The notes under the pieces were generated by a model. The model saw only the letters and a program-made list of their open reading frames with translations. It was not told where the DNA came from and made no database searches. Source: an uncultured bacterium (GTDB taxonomy: Bacteria; Zixibacteria; MSB-5A5; GN15; FEB-12). From it: a DNA stretch of 50,338 nt. Made by a program: the position numbers and the translations under genes. Shown here one piece after another: positions 38,711 to 48,485 of this stretch. Position 1 is the first letter of the stretch. Each line of letters opens with the position of its first letter. The stretch spans positions 1 through 50,338 of the forward strand of contig CBDVDR010000022.1 of assembly GCA_965372795.1 (NCBI GenBank). Reading direction: 5' to 3'.

Positions 38711-40765
38711 CTAAAATTCGCCATTAAACAGATATTCAACATCTATGCGGCCGACGATTTCGATGAATCCATCTTGGTTCAAATTCACCATTTGACCCTG
38801 AGTACTCTCAATAATAATTTGTTGACCGATAAATAGGATTTCATTTTCAAGGACATTAAAATCTGAACTGTCAATACTGATTATCTGTTGATCAGCAACT
38901 GAAACTCCAGTTGTTAAACCATTTGAATCTACATCAGCTGCGATAGTATATAACGGACCTAACTCAACCTCGGGAGAATCAAAGAGTGATGCAGAATCAC
39001 CCGACAAGTATATATTAACTCTGGCACCTATTGGCAAAGCACTGGTGATATCATAAATAAAGTTAGCTTCGATAATATGTTCAGAAACTATTTTGACATC
39101 ATCTTGATTGAGTTCTTCCCTTAAAATATCAGTCTTTATTGAAGTCTCTTTTAAGATTACTTGCAGAGGAGCGTTTATATTTATTGAAGCTGTTATATAA
39201 TCATCTAATTCAATGTTTCCATGATACTGATCATCATTAAAAGCAACAGAGCCAGTAATCGAGATATCATGAGGAATAGGTGATAAAAATTGTGATACTG
39301 ATGAATCAGATTTATTGATTACGGTAGTACCATCAGGATTGATCTCTCCGTTAATATCTAAGCTTTTTCCGTTACTTCCTTGAAGTCGGAGATTCAAGAA
39401 CCCTGGTTGATCAATAGTATTTACAATATTAAGGGTGATATCGACATTGGCAAATTCAAGTGAATCGAATCCCTCCGGAACATCAATTCGTTCTTGTGAA
39501 TTTTCGAAAGATACTGTTGTTCCTGAGAATATTCCGTCAACATAATCAAATTCCAAACTGTCAATTGAGGCACTGACAGTAAAACAATCAGTTCTATCTA
39601 TATAATGCTTTATTGGCGATGTTATAGGGATTGAAACCTCGAATTGTAATTCTATCTCTTGAGGAACCGTCGAATCGCTGGGTATTAAATGATAGCCTGC
39701 AATATTCTGATCAATCAATAAAATTTGTTGAGGGGAAAAACTGCGTGAGATAGTTAAAGGAATTCCGTTTGAAACCAAATCTGGAATTACAATTTCAAAA
39801 GCGCCGGAAAGATAAGAATTATTGTATATATATAATTGAAGTAAACCTTTTGTTAAAGACGCATCTTCAATTAAATATGTTTCGCCAATTGGTACTTTCT
39901 GGCTTAATGATCTGGTTAACCCCGGAATCTCAGCATGAGCTGATGAAACTCCAAAATCAGTAGAAAATCCGATATTGGTTGAAATATATCTCGTTGATGC
40001 AGAATCAATCAATGCGTTTGAGGTCTCAAACCAAGTTATGAGTCTTAACTTATTTGAGATTGATCGTCCTTCAAGTGACACTGGAATTGTATCAATCGAA
40101 CCTGATGTTATTGAAAATGGAAAGTGTTCAGTTGCGATATAAGTATTTGAATCAATATCATAAATCTGGATGATTACATTTTGTAAAGCTACGCCTATAT
40201 TGTTTTCAACAATCGCCAGTAAGGAACCATCAGCAATCGTAGCGTATGAAAATTCTGAAATTGTCGGTAAATTTTGTAGTACATTATATAATCCGTTGAG
40301 AATCAAAGCGCTGTCATTAGGTAAGCCACTTGATAAAGTACCACTTATTGAAGATAAACTTAATGATACCGGATTTGTAGACGGCGCGTTTATATATACA
40401 ACTCCAAGACTTTCGGCGGCATTAAAACTAAGATTTTCTGTTTTTAGAAGTTCCGTATCAAGCCAAAATGTGTCAAGTTGTTCACTAATATCTAAGGCGA
40501 CATCACCATCTAAGTTAAATTTTATTGCTTCATCATCAATTTTTTCTAACAGTTCATCCAACTGATAAATTCTATTAATTACCGGAATAGTCAGATTTGT
40601 ATTCCATTGAGGAGATTGAGGTGTCTTTACTGTGCATTGGATAAATGTTAAGGAGAATATTATTATTATTATCCAAAGAACAGACTTACTTAAGAATTTG
40701 AATATGAATGAATCCAGAAATATTATTTCTTCTTTGTTCTGTCTTTTCCTATTTCGCTTCACCAC
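38711..40765 (-). CDS. Large exported, possibly lipid-anchored, beta-rich hypothetical protein
   Basis: Hydrophobic segment followed by Cys (FIQC) and P.W...L.IP; GTG start after GAGG; first gene of a three-gene operon. Confidence 0.65.
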   Translation of the reverse strand: MVKRNRKRQNKEEIIFLDSFIFKFLSKSVLWIIIIIFSLTFIQCTVKTPQSPQWNTNLTIPVINRIYQLDELLEKIDDEAIKFNLDGDVALDISEQLDTFWLDTELLKTENLSFNAAESLGVVYINAPSTNPVSLSLSSISGTLSSGLPNDSALILNGLYNVLQNLPTISEFSYATIADGSLLAIVENNIGVALQNVIIQIYDIDSNTYIATEHFPFSITSGSIDTIPVSLEGRSISNKLRLITWFETSNALIDSASTRYISTNIGFSTDFGVSSAHAEIPGLTRSLSQKVPIGETYLIEDASLTKGLLQLYIYNNSYLSGAFEIVIPDLVSNGIPLTISRSFSPQQILLIDQNIAGYHLIPSDSTVPQEIELQFEVSIPITSPIKHYIDRTDCFTVSASIDSLEFDYVDGIFSGTTVSFENSQERIDVPEGFDSLEFANVDITLNIVNTIDQPGFLNLRLQGSNGKSLDINGEINPDGTTVINKSDSSVSQFLSPIPHDISITGSVAFNDDQYHGNIELDDYITASININAPLQVILKETSIKTDILREELNQDDVKIVSEHIIEANFIYDITSALPIGARVNIYLSGDSASLFDSPEVELGPLYTIAADVDSNGLTTGVSVADQQIISIDSSDFNVLENEILFIGQQIIIESTQGQMVNLNQDGFIEIVGRIDVEYLFNGEF

Positions 40766-40811
40766 AAACCTCTATGTTTCATAAAATTATTTTATTTCAT
40801 ATTATCTTCAT

Positions 40812-40826
40812 GCAAAGAGAGTGCCG
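40812..40826 (-). promoter_or_regulatory. sigma54 -24/-12 promoter
   Basis: Minus strand reads CGGCAC-TCTCT-TTGC, 46 bp upstream of the 40765 start. Confidence 0.72.
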
Positions 40827-40988
40827 TTTAAAAGGAAATGATATGTTGTTGACAGACAACACGATAAGCTCATGGTGGAGTTTACTGATGAAAAATGATA
40901 GTGCTTGAAATCTGAAAATATGGGTGAATCCCCATATTGTTTTATAAAATTTATATATGTATATTGTTTTTAAAGCAGGAGGAAAAAA

Positions 40989-41927
40989 ATGGGGATGCCC
41001 AAATATGACAGGTTGCTATATATCTTAAATTTATTACGAAGTCGTAAAAATTTAAATGCTGAAAAAATCGCCCTTGAGTGTGGTGTTACCGAACGTTCGA
41101 TTTATAGAGATATCATCTCTCTTTCGGAAGCAAATATCCCAATTTATTATGACAATGGCTATAAGCTGGCGTCTGAGAATTTCCTCCCTCCTTTAAATTT
41201 TACTTCAGAAGAATACCAATTTCTTAAACTTGCCTTAGATTCTTCGCCTTTAAATAAAACCGACAAATTCAAAGAAATCTATAAAACTTTAAAAGCTAAA
41301 CTCGAAGCGGTCTTATCTAAGCAGGTGAGGCAAAAACTAAAATTTTCTCCTGAAACGACTATTGTAAATATTAAGTCTTCTTCAAATCAGCTCAAGTTTT
41401 TTGCAATTATAGAAAAAGCTATAGAAGAAAATCTCAAACTTAGAATAATTTACAATTCTGTAAATTCGGGGGAAAATATAAGAACTATTGATCCGTATTT
41501 TATTATTTTTAAAGGGAGGTCATTTTATTTTGTAGCTTTCTGTTATAAAAGAAATGAGTTTCGTACTTTTAGAATAGATCGACTTGCAAAAGTAGAAATA
41601 CTGGATGAAATATTTATAAAAAATAATAATATTTATGCGGAATCTTATTTTAAAGACAGCTGGGAGATTTATGCCGGGGAGCCTGTCGAAATAATTATAA
41701 AATTTCATGGCAAGGCAGCTAAAGTTGTGAAATTTGGCAAACATCACCCAAATGAAATAATTGAAATACAAAATAACGATACAATTCTATATAAAGTTGT
41801 AACAAGAGGCACCGAAGAAATTCAAAGATGGATCCTTGGGTTTGGAGATGAAGCTGAGGTGATATCACCCGAGAATTTAAAAAGAAGTCTCAGAACTATT
41901 GGTGAGTATCTAAAAGAAACATATTAA
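40989..41927 (+). CDS. HTH-WYL-WCX transcriptional regulator (YafY/PafC-like)
   Basis: ERSIYRDI HTH, RTIDPY, FYFVAFC..R.EFRTFRIDR, WILGFG.EAEVISP; SD AGGAGG. Confidence 0.93.
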   Translation: MGMPKYDRLLYILNLLRSRKNLNAEKIALECGVTERSIYRDIISLSEANIPIYYDNGYKLASENFLPPLNFTSEEYQFLKLALDSSPLNKTDKFKEIYKTLKAKLEAVLSKQVRQKLKFSPETTIVNIKSSSNQLKFFAIIEKAIEENLKLRIIYNSVNSGENIRTIDPYFIIFKGRSFYFVAFCYKRNEFRTFRIDRLAKVEILDEIFIKNNNIYAESYFKDSWEIYAGEPVEIIIKFHGKAAKVVKFGKHHPNEIIEIQNNDTILYKVVTRGTEEIQRWILGFGDEAEVISPENLKRSLRTIGEYLKETY

Positions 41928-42042
41928 ATAAAAATTTTTGTATTTTATTATAAATAAAAATCTATATTAGTATAGAATTGTTTAAATAGTATATTGACTT
42001 AGAAGTAATTATAGTGTGATTCTTTAATTGTAAAGTTGCTAA

Positions 42043-44217
42043 ATGCCTGAATTTAAAAAATCAAAAATCGTATTGAAGCAAAAGATAAATCGCTTTGAAC
42101 ATATTTTAGAATCAGTCATGCCGGATGGATTTGAATCCTTTATCAATAGTTTTTCACTTCCTGCAATTATTGTAAATAGCAATTTAGAACTTGTTTATGA
42201 AAATAAATTTGCTAAAAATTTAAAAATCTCTTCGAATTATAATTCTTGCTCAGAGTTTATAAATAAATACACTATTTCACTGAACCTTGATGGAAAAAAA
42301 TCTGATGTTCAATTTAAACTCAAAGCGATAACAAATTTATTTAACCAGTTGTCAGATAAGTTGATTGTCGGTACTGAGATATATCAGTCACAATTAGTCC
42401 CTCTAAATATTCAAGAAAATGTATACTATCTTTGTTATTTTACAAAATACCAGAGCACTCAGATAGAAGAAGGCATAATTCCAAACGAAAATATGCAGTT
42501 GTTACAGGACATAATACAAAACTACGGTTCTTCAGAAAATGATGATTTGCAGAATATTATTATTAAGTCAATCTCTAAAATTGGGGAACGACTTGGATTA
42601 GACCGTTGTCTTATTTATCAGTATGATGCCCCCTCAAAAAACTACACTTTATATGCCTGTTGGGAGACCGAAAGAACAACTGCATATCAAAAAATAAATC
42701 AACATATCAGTAGTTTGGAATTCTCTGATATCCACCAAACAATATCTGCTGGTGATGTAATTCACTATTCTGATATCTCAAGTTTGTCAAAAAATCAAAT
42801 AGACGAGCATATTAAATTATTTAACACAGCTGTTAAATCAAGATTACTTGTTCCTCTAATTGCAAAATATAAATTCCTTGGTTTTATTAGTTTAGATACA
42901 ACTAATGTTTCAATTCAGTGGCATGAAAATATTATTCAGCTTTTAAAAGTTATTACTTCGCTTTTTGCCATTAGTTTTAAAGACAAAATTATCACCGACA
43001 ATAATAAAAAAGAATCAATTCAAAATAAAATGATGTCCGGATATCCGGGAATGATTTTTCAGATTAATGTTTCTAATAATAAATTAGAACTTATATATCT
43101 AAGTGAAGGAATAGAAGAGCTGACAGGTATTAAAGCTCAAGATGTTCAAGCTGACAGCTTGATCCTTAAAGATTGTATACACCCTGATGATTTCGATAAA
43201 ATTCTTGCGGGTATAGAAAAGATCAAAACTGAGAAATTATCATGGCAGTTGGATTTTAGAATTATTGATAGTTCAAAAAATAATAAATGGGTCAATTGCA
43301 AAACTTTCCCTTATATTCAACAAGATGGCTCTATTCAGTGGTATGGCGTCATCTACGATATTACTCCCAAAAAACTCGCAGAACATTCGGTCCGATTACA
43401 TAGTAAAATAGTAGAAAATATGATCGAAGGCATTATTCTAATTCGGAGTAATGACGGAATTATTGTCTATACAAACTCTAAATTCGATCAAATGTTTGGG
43501 TTTTCATCAGGCGAATTAGTCGGACACCATATGAGTATAGCCTTTGCTTCTCCTGAAGATAAATCATATGAAGATATTTCTAAGATATTTAAGAATTTGA
43601 AAAAAGAAGGTTCATGGAGCGGGGAAGTGCAAAACATAAAAAAAGATGGTTCAAAATTATGGACTTCCATGAATGCCTCAACCTTTGATCATCCTGAGTT
43701 TGGTGAAGTTTGGTTTTCGGTAAGTAATGATATTACTCAGAGAGTTATTTCTGAAAATAAACTCAAACATACTACTGAAATGCTGGAAAATGAAAGAGAA
43801 GAGTTAAACGCTAAAAATATAGCTCTTCGTGAAATTCTTCAGCAAATTGAACTTGAAAAACAATCCATTCGGGATCAAATCGGCTCAAATATTGAAAATA
43901 TTATCATTCCTACATTAATGCGTATTTCTAATAAGCATGATATAAATCAAATAAAGAGTGATTTATTAATCTTAGAAAAAGATTTAATAACAATTTCCTC
44001 AAAATTTATTGATAATCTTAAGAAAAAATACTCAAAATTATCACCTCGCGAGATTGAAATCAGTAACCTCATAAAAAAAGGGATGACCTCCAAGGAAATC
44101 TCGCAATCACTCAATGTATCATTACTTACGATCCATAAACATCGTGAATCAATTAGAAAAAAACTTAAAATTCAAAACAAAAACATCAATTTAAACACCT
44201 ACTTAATGAAATTGTAA
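42043..44217 (+). CDS. Soluble GAF-PAS-PAS-LuxR HTH regulator
   Basis: LDRC..Y GAF, IHPDD and DIT PAS motifs (x2), C-terminal LSPREIEI...GMTSKEIS..L.VS..TI.KHR.SIRKKL. Confidence 0.88.
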   Translation: MPEFKKSKIVLKQKINRFEHILESVMPDGFESFINSFSLPAIIVNSNLELVYENKFAKNLKISSNYNSCSEFINKYTISLNLDGKKSDVQFKLKAITNLFNQLSDKLIVGTEIYQSQLVPLNIQENVYYLCYFTKYQSTQIEEGIIPNENMQLLQDIIQNYGSSENDDLQNIIIKSISKIGERLGLDRCLIYQYDAPSKNYTLYACWETERTTAYQKINQHISSLEFSDIHQTISAGDVIHYSDISSLSKNQIDEHIKLFNTAVKSRLLVPLIAKYKFLGFISLDTTNVSIQWHENIIQLLKVITSLFAISFKDKIITDNNKKESIQNKMMSGYPGMIFQINVSNNKLELIYLSEGIEELTGIKAQDVQADSLILKDCIHPDDFDKILAGIEKIKTEKLSWQLDFRIIDSSKNNKWVNCKTFPYIQQDGSIQWYGVIYDITPKKLAEHSVRLHSKIVENMIEGIILIRSNDGIIVYTNSKFDQMFGFSSGELVGHHMSIAFASPEDKSYEDISKIFKNLKKEGSWSGEVQNIKKDGSKLWTSMNASTFDHPEFGEVWFSVSNDITQRVISENKLKHTTEMLENEREELNAKNIALREILQQIELEKQSIRDQIGSNIENIIIPTLMRISNKHDINQIKSDLLILEKDLITISSKFIDNLKKKYSKLSPREIEISNLIKKGMTSKEISQSLNVSLLTIHKHRESIRKKLKIQNKNINLNTYLMKL

Positions 44218-44500
44218 TACGTATAGAGCGTACGTAATAATTGCGTAACTATGTCGTATTGACAATTATTGGTTTTGTTCCGTTAAAGTGTGTAGTGGGA
44301 CATAAGCAGAGAGTTATTCTGGGGCTTTCAGTTATTAAAGGATGACAATAACTGAACTGGAATACGTGAAAGTAAATTACTGTTCTCTGAGATAGAAGTC
44401 TCTTGACAGTTAATTACTTAATTACAAGGAATTAGGGTCTTAAGCCAGAATTTGACAACAATTTGATGTGACCCTTACGTGAAAATTAAAGGGAAAAAAA

Positions 44501-45163
44501 ATGACTAAATCAGAAAGATTGTTACACTTAATCAAATTGCTTAAAGAGAGGGAAAGTCTCCATATACATGATATGGTTGATGCTTGTAAAGTCTCACATA
44601 GAACTATCTATCGTGATTTGAATTCTTTAGTTAAGCTTAATGTACCGATTAAATACGATAATGGTTATCGTCTGGTAAAGGATGCTGGAATTCCGTTTGA
44701 AGTTCTCAATAAAGAAGAAAGAGACTTGCTGACATATGCAGTAAAAAATAATCCGCTTGCTAAAAAACCATATTTTTCAACAAAGTTTAAATCTATTGAA
44801 GATAAAATTCTTAGTAATATGAACGACAGGTTTAATAATATTATTTCTTTTGAAGATTCACTTACTTCTGACAACACTGATTCAAATGGATTAAGCCTTT
44901 TCCTCGAAGCAGCATATACTAATAAAAAAATATTGATTAGAAATAAGGATATTTCTAAGGATTGGGAACTATTTACGCCCAAATCAGTGCAATTAAAAAG
45001 TGATAGTCTCATGTTTATCGTCAAAGATGAACTGGGAGTAGAAAAATCGATTTCATCAGAAAACGTACTTGCAATCAAGATGATAGACACCCAACCAGAA
45101 AGTCTGATGGAATCTACACCGACAGAAATTCAAAAGGAATTTGAAATTTCTGTCGAGAGTTGA
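44501..45163 (+). CDS. HTH_11 protein with a degenerate WYL domain; paralog of 40989-41927
   Basis: The N-terminal ~110 aa align by eye with the WYL protein (RTIYRDL..L...NVPI.YDNGY.L); the RTFRIDR motif and WCX domain are absent. Confidence 0.8.
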   Translation: MTKSERLLHLIKLLKERESLHIHDMVDACKVSHRTIYRDLNSLVKLNVPIKYDNGYRLVKDAGIPFEVLNKEERDLLTYAVKNNPLAKKPYFSTKFKSIEDKILSNMNDRFNNIISFEDSLTSDNTDSNGLSLFLEAAYTNKKILIRNKDISKDWELFTPKSVQLKSDSLMFIVKDELGVEKSISSENVLAIKMIDTQPESLMESTPTEIQKEFEISVES

Positions 45164-45189
45164 TGAATTGTTCAAAAACCCTAGAAAAT

Positions 45190-45225
45190 AGCAGCAACTG
45201 AAGGATTAGTTGCTGCTTTTCTTTT
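45190..45225 (+). terminator. Intrinsic terminator
   Basis: AGCAGCAACT-N8-AGTTGCTGCT followed by TTTCTTTT. Confidence 0.88.
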
Positions 45226-45278
45226 GCTTATAAAATTATCTATCGTTACTATAAGATAAATATATATGTTAACATTAG

Positions 45279-45839
45279 GTGATTTTAAAATTTATGATTC
45301 ATTTTTCAGCGATCATTTTTTCATTATTATTGTTTGTAATAATCAGATTTACAATTCTCAAAAAAATTAAGATAAAAAAATACTATCGACCAAGAATTAT
45401 TATATCTATTACAATTATAATTATATCAAACATCATTATTATTCATTCTGGGCAAATAATTGAGAGAGACCTGAAAACGAATAATTGGACTAAAACTCAG
45501 GGCATCGTTATTTCGGTTAAAATTACAGGATCAAGAGCGTCGTCACCTGAAATTATTTATTCTTATACAATTGATGAAAAACAGTTTGAAGACACTTCTT
45601 TCTTAAATGCGCCGATGTTTGGAGGAAAAAGAAAAAAGAGGGAAGTTGCCGAAGCTCTGATTGAAAAATATAGCATAGGAGAATCAATCAAAGTATTTTA
45701 TAACCCTGATGATAATTCAAAATCAAGAATCACACCCATGCTAAAATGGAATTCTTTAGGTCAAATTTCTTTTGGGGTTGCTCTTTTGATAATTAGTCTT
45801 TGCTTGCTAACTATCAGAAAAAAGCCTGATTCAAATTAA
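45279..45839 (+). CDS. DUF3592-like membrane protein
   Basis: W.KTQG.V, P.I.YSY.IDE, Y.IG..I.VFYNP..; TM segments at both ends. Start codon uncertain. Confidence 0.75.
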   Translation: MILKFMIHFSAIIFSLLLFVIIRFTILKKIKIKKYYRPRIIISITIIIISNIIIIHSGQIIERDLKTNNWTKTQGIVISVKITGSRASSPEIIYSYTIDEKQFEDTSFLNAPMFGGKRKKREVAEALIEKYSIGESIKVFYNPDDNSKSRITPMLKWNSLGQISFGVALLIISLCLLTIRKKPDSN

Positions 45840-45857
45840 ATCAAAATAAAGTCTCTA

Positions 45858-46640
45858 TCAATAGCAACTCTTAACGCAGTCCTGACCATCTCCAAATATA
45901 AAGTCTACGACACAAGTTAAATCGCTTATTCCTACCCGAGCATCAGCATTAACATCGGCTTCCTCAAAACAGTCGATAGAACCGCCCTCATCGAAAAGGA
46001 AGTCAACCAGCGCACTTAGATCTGATATATCGATATCACGCCCATCATAATTTATGTCACCCCGTGATCCCAAACAACACGGGGGAGGATCAATGATTTT
46101 ATAACAATGAGGTCCATCCCAGGCAGGGTAAAATCTTCCGTTATTATGCGTAGCCCAAACCCATTCCCAACTTGGTGGCATCCAACAAGAGTCAAGACAG
46201 ATTCTTGTCCCTACTGCCGAAGCCGGTATATTAGTTGTTATCGTTGCAATAATTTCATCAAAACCATCAGGTATCCCGTTTGTATAAAATCTAAATCCAC
46301 CGATCCCGGCACTATCTGCTCCATAACCGGTTACCCCTGAGTAATTATAATAAATACCCCCATCATACATTGAATCCCAATTCAAATTATCATTCTTTTT
46401 GATAACTATTGGATCCCATGTAGCTCCATTAATTGAGTAAACTCGAAATGAGTTAGTTTGACCATCTATCGCAACTCCGGTATTGTTAGTCATCCTAATA
46501 TGAAACTTAACGTCACCAACTTTGATTTCACTTGGCGAGAAAAGACCATCAACATGATCAAGAGATATAATCCCCTGTGAAAAAATGCTTATCGGAGAAA
46601 TTGTAATTAATGCTAATATGACGAGACTCGATATTTTCAT
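45858..46640 (-). CDS. Secreted dockerin-domain protein, paralog 4
   Basis: Start MKISS at 46640 after GGAG; signal peptide, conserved beta domain, CCLGSRGDINYDG..DISDL / EADVNAD..GISDL. Confidence 0.85.
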   Translation of the reverse strand: MKISSLVILALITISPISIFSQGIISLDHVDGLFSPSEIKVGDVKFHIRMTNNTGVAIDGQTNSFRVYSINGATWDPIVIKKNDNLNWDSMYDGGIYYNYSGVTGYGADSAGIGGFRFYTNGIPDGFDEIIATITTNIPASAVGTRICLDSCWMPPSWEWVWATHNNGRFYPAWDGPHCYKIIDPPPCCLGSRGDINYDGRDIDISDLSALVDFLFDEGGSIDCFEEADVNADARVGISDLTCVVDFIFGDGQDCVKSCY

Positions 46641-46669
46641 GTTTGCTCCCGGTAAATAATTACATTTGT

Positions 46670-47467
46670 TTATTGGCACCATCGGTTTTTAACATAACAA
46701 TCTTGTACGCACTCAGGCGCATTACTAAACATATAATCTACAAGGCAGGTTAAGTCGCTAATACCTACTTCATAGTCAGCATTGACATCTGCTTCATCCA
46801 TACAAGGTATAAAATCTCTACCTCCAAAAAGGTAATCTACTAAGAACGTTATATCAGAGATATTAAGATTATCTCCATCATCATTAATGTCACCTCGCAA
46901 TCCGACACAACAACAGGGTGGGACAACTATTTCAAAACAATGTGGTCCATCCCATGATGGGGATACGGAAGTTCCTTGCTTATGTGACCAGAGCCACATT
47001 CCTCCCGGATAGAAAAAGGATGAGTCTATACAAATGGACAACCCCTCTGAATTTTGAGAGATAGTAGTTTGAATTGTTATAACAATGTCATCAAATCCAT
47101 CGGGTAATCCATCACCAAAAATACTAAACCCGGAAAAACCAACAGTATCAGCACCTGTACCATCGTTGCTGAAGTAATTAACAAATGTACCTCCGTCAAA
47201 AAATATTGGTAAACTACCATTGGGGTCACATATCAATGGTGACCAGGATGCACCATCCGGAGAATATACTCGAAAGCCATTGGAATATCCGGTTATTGCT
47301 TGACCGGTGTTATTTGTAAATCGAATATGAAATTTGACGGTCCCAATAGATAATTTCCCCGGTTCAAACAAACCGTCAACATGATCAATAGAAACAGAAC
47401 CCTGAGAATAAATTGATAATGGTGAAATTGTAATTATTGCAATACAGGCAAACAGGACTAATCGCAT
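46670..47467 (-). CDS. Secreted dockerin-domain protein, paralog 3
   Basis: Same architecture; CCVGLRGDINDDG..NISDI / EADVNAD..GISDL. Confidence 0.85.
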   Translation of the reverse strand: MRLVLFACIAIITISPLSIYSQGSVSIDHVDGLFEPGKLSIGTVKFHIRFTNNTGQAITGYSNGFRVYSPDGASWSPLICDPNGSLPIFFDGGTFVNYFSNDGTGADTVGFSGFSIFGDGLPDGFDDIVITIQTTISQNSEGLSICIDSSFFYPGGMWLWSHKQGTSVSPSWDGPHCFEIVVPPCCCVGLRGDINDDGDNLNISDITFLVDYLFGGRDFIPCMDEADVNADYEVGISDLTCLVDYMFSNAPECVQDCYVKNRWCQ

Positions 47468-47559
47468 TAGCGGTACTCCTTTTCTGAAATTTGAAAGATG
47501 GGTATTGTATGAATGTAAAATACTTAAAATAGCTTATTTAGTCAAGATTATAAAAAATG

Positions 47560-48354
47560 TTAATTGGGGCAGTCTAATAATTCGGTTGGAATAACTCCGA
47601 ACATATAGTCTGATATCAACATAATATCACTCAAATTGATCACATTGTCACCATTTACATCAGCTTCTTCCAGACAATTAGGATCATCAAAATCAAAATA
47701 TAAATAAAATATGATATATGTTAGATCAGAAATATCCAACGGATCGAGCTCGCTTCCATCAGAGTTGCCCCGTTTTCCCAAACAGCAGGAACTGTTTATT
47801 GAATAACAATACGGTCCACCCCAGGCAGGGGCTAAATTGTTATTTTGAGGATGATAGCTCCAATTCCAACCCTCTTTAGGGGGGAATGAAGCTGAGTCGA
47901 TGCAAATTGTTTTACCATGTTGGTCTTCTGAAATGATAGTCGTAAAAGAATGAATTATGGAACTATACCCATTAGTGAAATATTCTTTAATGTAGGGATA
48001 AGTAAACTGTGTCCTTAAGCCTATTGAATCAGCCCCTGATCCATTAACACTAAAGTGAGTAAAATGCGTTTTGGGAGCATGAAGCTCGCTATTAAGAAGC
48101 TCTGATACTGTGATTGGTGCCCAAATGGCACCATCTTCTGAGTATATCTTATATCCATTATCAAATTTGATAGATTTTATGTTTTCGATGTTAAATGTGT
48201 ACTTAAGATAAAATGTGATTGTATCGCCGGTTTTTAAATAACCTAATGAATCTAACCCATCAATATGATCAATTATGACTGATTCCTGACTAAATGAAAA
48301 AGGAGATGAAAATAAAATAATCATAACTATTACGAAAAAATTCTTATACTTCAT
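47560..48354 (-). CDS. Secreted dockerin-domain protein, paralog 2
   Basis: Same architecture; CCLGKRGNSDG..DISDL / EADVNGD..NLSDI. Confidence 0.85.
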   Translation of the reverse strand: MKYKNFFVIVMIILFSSPFSFSQESVIIDHIDGLDSLGYLKTGDTITFYLKYTFNIENIKSIKFDNGYKIYSEDGAIWAPITVSELLNSELHAPKTHFTHFSVNGSGADSIGLRTQFTYPYIKEYFTNGYSSIIHSFTTIISEDQHGKTICIDSASFPPKEGWNWSYHPQNNNLAPAWGGPYCYSINSSCCLGKRGNSDGSELDPLDISDLTYIIFYLYFDFDDPNCLEEADVNGDNVINLSDIMLISDYMFGVIPTELLDCPN

Positions 48355-48485
48355 CTGTTGACCTAATTGAAAGACTAATGGTTTGTAAATCTGGTTAAAC
48401 TCTACTGTATTTATAATAAAGCATTAATAAACATATGTCAACAAGGCGGGTATCTATTTCTATTTCTATTTTTAAAACCCTATGA

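Noticed and set aside
40989..45163. WYL-associated anti-phage defence island
   Set aside because: No nuclease, CBASS, BREX, RM, toxin or Cas gene is nearby.
1103..46340. Numerous 60-140 aa ORFs nested in or antisense to long genes
   Set aside because: They lie within well-supported CDSs, lack SD sequences and motifs, and look like shadow frames.
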